Shown here one piece after another: positions 61,063 to 64,000 of a stretch of DNA of 64,000 bases (position 1 is its first letter; every line of letters begins with the position of its first letter). The stretch lies in contig OZ244197.1 of assembly GCA_965216785.1 (NCBI GenBank), positions 32,001 to 96,000 on the forward strand. The letters are read 5' to 3'. The position numbers and the translations under genes were made by a program. This DNA comes from Thermodesulfobacteriota bacterium (GTDB lineage: Bacteria > Desulfobacterota_D > UBA1144 > Nemesobacterales > UBA2774). Below the pieces are notes generated by a model that was not told the origin of the DNA, did no database searches, and saw only the letters and a list, made by a program, of their open reading frames with translations.

Positions 61063-61251
61063 ATGATAAATGGCCGCATAGCAATAACTCTCTCTCAGAA
61101 AGGCATAGATACCGTTTCATTTGTTTCAAGTAATAAAGCGGAAGCTCTGAATCTATTTCTGATCATAAAGGAAGAGCTCGAAAATTTTGAAGATAACATC
61201 AAAAAATTGATTGAAAGTCATGAGGTGAAAGAAAATGACTTTAACCAATAG
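61063..61251 (+). CDS. Small hypothetical protein
   Basis: GGAGG RBS; overlaps the next ORF. Confidence 0.6.
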   Translation: MINGRIAITLSQKGIDTVSFVSSNKAEALNLFLIIKEELENFEDNIKKLIESHEVKENDFNQ

Positions 61252-61441
61252 AGGTAAGCTTCTTACTCCCAAAAAGGCTAAAGAAACTTATGGTATCGAG
61301 ACTACGAAAATTTATAACTGGATACGTAATCGCCGGTTTACATTCATCAAATTGGATAAGGAGATCTTATTTTGGGAGAAGGACCTATTGGATTTTTTGG
61401 AACAAAATACTAGCTATTCATGTATTGATATTGGTGAGTAA
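61235..61441 (+). CDS. Excisionase/AlpA-like HTH protein
   Basis: LLTPKKA...YGI..TKIYNWIR......IKL...ILF...DL..FL. Confidence 0.75.
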   Translation: MTLTNRGKLLTPKKAKETYGIETTKIYNWIRNRRFTFIKLDKEILFWEKDLLDFLEQNTSYSCIDIGE

Positions 61442-62234
61442 TTTGAGAGCAGATAAAGAATCAAATTTGGACGATCGCATATTAACATCAGAGTATGGTT
61501 ATTTCCAAATACCAAATTCTATTTTTAATCTCAAATTACCACCTAATGAATTACTAGTGCTCTTTAATCTTATTAGGCGAGCAGATAAAACCGGAGAGTG
61601 TTACCCAAGTATCCCAAGAATAGGAAGAGATACAGGAATAAAATCAGAAAATACAGTTAGAAAAGCACTAAGGGGAATAATGAATAAGAAACTCGTTAGG
61701 AGAACCGGCAGAACATATCGTAATGTGCATATAATGAAGATAACCCCCAGCATCTATCAAAGCATTATAAGATCGAGTGAAAAGAATAGAATTACGAAAA
61801 ATGTAAAGCGTGATAGTTATATTAACCCTTCAATAATTGAAGTGGTGACCCCTTCAAATAATGATCTACAACCCCATGAATATTTGAGTACTAAGGAAGA
61901 AAAGAATGAATACCCATTTTTTAAGGAAAACAAAAAGGGATACAGCACGAATTCTCTCAAAAAAAATTCATTTAGGAGGAAATGCAATAAGAACGACAAT
62001 GATCCATCAATAATAACAAAGTTAGATTTAGAGATTCCAGTAAATCAGGCAAAAAGAATATTAGGGGAATTCGGGATAAAAGAAAATAACCAGCAAGGGA
62101 ATCCATTATATTATTCCAATTTGGATCCTAAGCAGACAAAAGATGCTATAGATGAGCTTGAAAGGATAAAAACAATAAATATGCGAGAACATCCGAAAGT
62201 ATATGAAAATAATTTGGATCCCTTCGATATATGA
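61434..62234 (+). CDS. Phage-type replication initiator (HTH_36-like)
   Basis: FQIPN, L...ELLV...L.R.AD..G.CYPSI..I..DTG..S.NTVRKAL; GTG start overlaps the xis stop. Confidence 0.7.
   Translation: MSNLRADKESNLDDRILTSEYGYFQIPNSIFNLKLPPNELLVLFNLIRRADKTGECYPSIPRIGRDTGIKSENTVRKALRGIMNKKLVRRTGRTYRNVHIMKITPSIYQSIIRSSEKNRITKNVKRDSYINPSIIEVVTPSNNDLQPHEYLSTKEEKNEYPFFKENKKGYSTNSLKKNSFRRKCNKNDNDPSIITKLDLEIPVNQAKRILGEFGIKENNQQGNPLYYSNLDPKQTKDAIDELERIKTINMREHPKVYENNLDPFDI
61826..61887 (+). repeat. Iteron-like repeats within the initiator gene
   Basis: cccttcaataattga / cccttcaaataatga / cccatgaatatttga at 23-24 bp period, followed by an A-rich tract. Confidence 0.55.
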
Positions 62235-62246
62235 TAAATGGTCTAA

Positions 62247-62345
62247 GGGAGGGGGGTGTAATTTGTTACAACCTAAATCATGGAGACCGACGGGGCAGTC
62301 AATTTCTTGTATAGTCAGCAAAAAAACTTTCGAGCGTAAAAAAAT
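62247..62345 (+). other. Candidate cos/packaging-initiation region
   Basis: GGGAGGGGGG...GGAGACCGACGGGGCAG GC island immediately upstream of a P27-type terS, as in HK97-like cos regions. Confidence 0.45.
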
Positions 62346-62367
62346 CTCGTGATGGAGGTATTAACAA

Positions 62368-62817
62368 TTGCCAAGAGGTGGACATAATAAAAAACCTGAA
62401 TCTTTGAAAATTATTCAGGGAACATTTAGAAAAGACAGAGCAAATCCAAATTCTCCAAAACTAAAGTCTATAGCTCCTAGTCCATCATATAGCCTTCCCA
62501 AACAGGCAAAAAATGAATATTTAAAACTCAGCAAGTTATTGCTCGACATGGGAGTACTCTCAGAACCAGATCAGGGTGAACTTGAGAACCTTTCGATAAT
62601 CAGAGCTCAGATAAAGTATCTTTCAAAGAGACTTTTCAACGTGACCGATATGAATGAATTCCGAAAAGTACAGATAGCAATTAATGATGCAATAAAGATA
62701 AGCAATGCATTGTCTATAAGATTTGGATTAAGTCCTGCAGATCGAAGTAGAGTGAATTTATCGCAGGAGAAGAAACATAACAAGTGGGAAGAATTTGAAA
62801 GGAGAAATAGCATATGA
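62368..62817 (+). CDS. P27-family terminase small subunit
   Basis: MPRGG..KKP..LK..QGT.RKDR, AK.EY..L...L...GVLSE.D, FGLSPADRSRV. Confidence 0.8.
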   Translation: MPRGGHNKKPESLKIIQGTFRKDRANPNSPKLKSIAPSPSYSLPKQAKNEYLKLSKLLLDMGVLSEPDQGELENLSIIRAQIKYLSKRLFNVTDMNEFRKVQIAINDAIKISNALSIRFGLSPADRSRVNLSQEKKHNKWEEFERRNSI

Positions 62818-63218
62818 AAAAAACAAAAATACCAGACATAAAAATTATAAGTGGTGAATTTAACAATAACATTCCTGAGATGCCGAAAGATCTTTCACAT
62901 GAAGCTAAATATTGGTGGAAAAGACTTATTAAAAGTATTGATTCTAAAGTCTTAATGCCATGTGATGATCTAGCCTTAATTCTACTAGTTGATTCGTTGG
63001 CTGCTTATCATAAAACTAAAATGAATATTCGAAAATTCGGTGATTCATATGAAACTGTAGATGATGAGGGACACAAAAAGAGATATATGAGGCCAGAAGT
63101 AGAAATTTTATCTATATTCTATCGATCTGTTATTTTCGGGCTTCGAGAATTTCTAATCAGCCCGTATTCTAGAGAAGATTTTAGTGATTTTATAGATGAT
63201 AGTACTGATAATATATGA
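62814..63218 (+). CDS. Second P27-family terminase small subunit-like protein
   Basis: P.MPKDLS.EAK.WW, D..AL..L, G..Y.......RPEV, LREF.ISPYSR; ATG overlaps the previous stop. Confidence 0.65.
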   Translation: MKKTKIPDIKIISGEFNNNIPEMPKDLSHEAKYWWKRLIKSIDSKVLMPCDDLALILLVDSLAAYHKTKMNIRKFGDSYETVDDEGHKKRYMRPEVEILSIFYRSVIFGLREFLISPYSREDFSDFIDDSTDNI

Positions 63219-63437
63219 AATACCACTTGAACAAATTAGATTTAATTTGTGTGTAAGAATTTGATTTAACTAGTTCAGGAATGTTCATTAGATTATACTG
63301 AGTTTTTGTTAAAATTGATTTTGTATCTTGATTGTAATTAAGGATACTTCATAAGTGTTATAATATATGAATGAAAAATACAATCCGACCAATCAATATA
63401 GAGAGTCAAAGATTATGACGTAATTTGGGTATTTGAT

Positions 63438-64000
63438 ATGATTGCAATATTGAAAAGAGCTTATTTTTCACCTTACCACTTATTTTCTGCTAACAATTTC
63501 CTAGATCGTGCATCATCAATTGAGTTTAAACATACCGGGAAAGATAGATTTGATTTCAATCATAACTCTTATGTAATTAGTTCCATTATATCATCTGTCG
63601 CATTTTTAGAAGCGGCTATTAATGAACTATTCCAAGATGTATATGATGATCATGAAAGTTACACAAGCCTCATCGATAATGATGTCAAAAAAACTATGAA
63701 AAAAGTGTGGCAGATGTTAGAAAGAAGACCCGTATTAGAAAAATACCAACTAGCACTAGAACTATCAAATGTAAAAGCTTTTTCAAAAGGTCGCAATCCT
63801 TATAGTAGTACAAATTTAGCAATTCTATTGCGCAACGAGTTAGTACATTACAAACCCAAAACTTTCGGAGCAGGTAAAGTACATAGCTTTGCTAATAAGC
63901 TCAAAGGGAAATTTGAATTAAACCCACTTATGTCAAACCCATCAAACCAATTTTTCCCTGATCAGTGCTTGAGCAAAGGATGTGCAGAATGGGTATTAAT
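63438..64000 (+). CDS. HEPN-like protein (3'-truncated by window edge)
   Basis: Open frame from ATG 63438 to window end; AFLEAAINE helix and RNELVH (R-x4-H) at 63831-48; absent from the ORF track. Confidence 0.7.
   Translation, partial: MIAILKRAYFSPYHLFSANNFLDRASSIEFKHTGKDRFDFNHNSYVISSIISSVAFLEAAINELFQDVYDDHESYTSLIDNDVKKTMKKVWQMLERRPVLEKYQLALELSNVKAFSKGRNPYSSTNLAILLRNELVHYKPKTFGAGKVHSFANKLKGKFELNPLMSNPSNQFFPDQCLSKGCAEWVL

Larger units (their letters stand above)
45160..64000. mobile_element. tRNA-Pro-integrated genomic island, phage-satellite-like, extending beyond the window
   Basis: att remnant at left end; AT-rich blocks; Xis-like HTH, rep with iterons, cos-like region and P27 TerS genes at right; integrase not in window. 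Confidence 0.75.

Noticed and set aside
61290-61433. N-terminal extension of the initiator ORF given in the track
   Set aside because: It overlaps the xis-like gene almost entirely; GTG at 61434, coupled to the xis stop, is the more plausible start

Overview
Bacterial chromosomal window with three parts. (1) 1-11.5 kb: an ABC-transporter (Wzm/Wzt)-dependent surface polysaccharide locus with GT2s and a sulfotransferase. A 5.2-kb methyltransferase + pyruvyltransferase/coiled-coil/2xGT2/sulfotransferase cassette sits between two degenerate copies of a GT gene 3' end. (2) 11.6-45 kb: core and metabolic genes (rpoZ, hisIE, era, aspS, GldAFG-like ABC system, an FrhB-OFOR alpha/beta operon next to sucAB, recG, an alternative sigma70 with a sigma54 promoter, a Na/Pi symporter). 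(3) 45.16 kb to beyond the right edge: an element integrated at tRNA-Pro(CGG); only the 48-bp 3' att remnant is in the window. Its right end is phage-satellite-like (sigma-r4 protein, Xis-like HTH, replication initiator with iterons, cos-like region, two tandem P27-type small terminases, HEPN protein). Its ~14.5-kb cargo reads as a self-contained sigma54 regulon: five -24/-12 promoters, tandem 17-bp palindromic UAS at a fixed 53-54 bp gap from four of them, two GVATGV-type enhancer-binding proteins (one with a cNMP-type GAF, one fused to a C-terminal STAND NTPase), a STAND-TPR adenylyl cyclase, a PhcB-like methyltransferase, a collagen/Cys-rich surface protein and YdhR/DUF4242/LLM/SDR redox genes. 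All calls come from motif reading by eye; no database searches were run.
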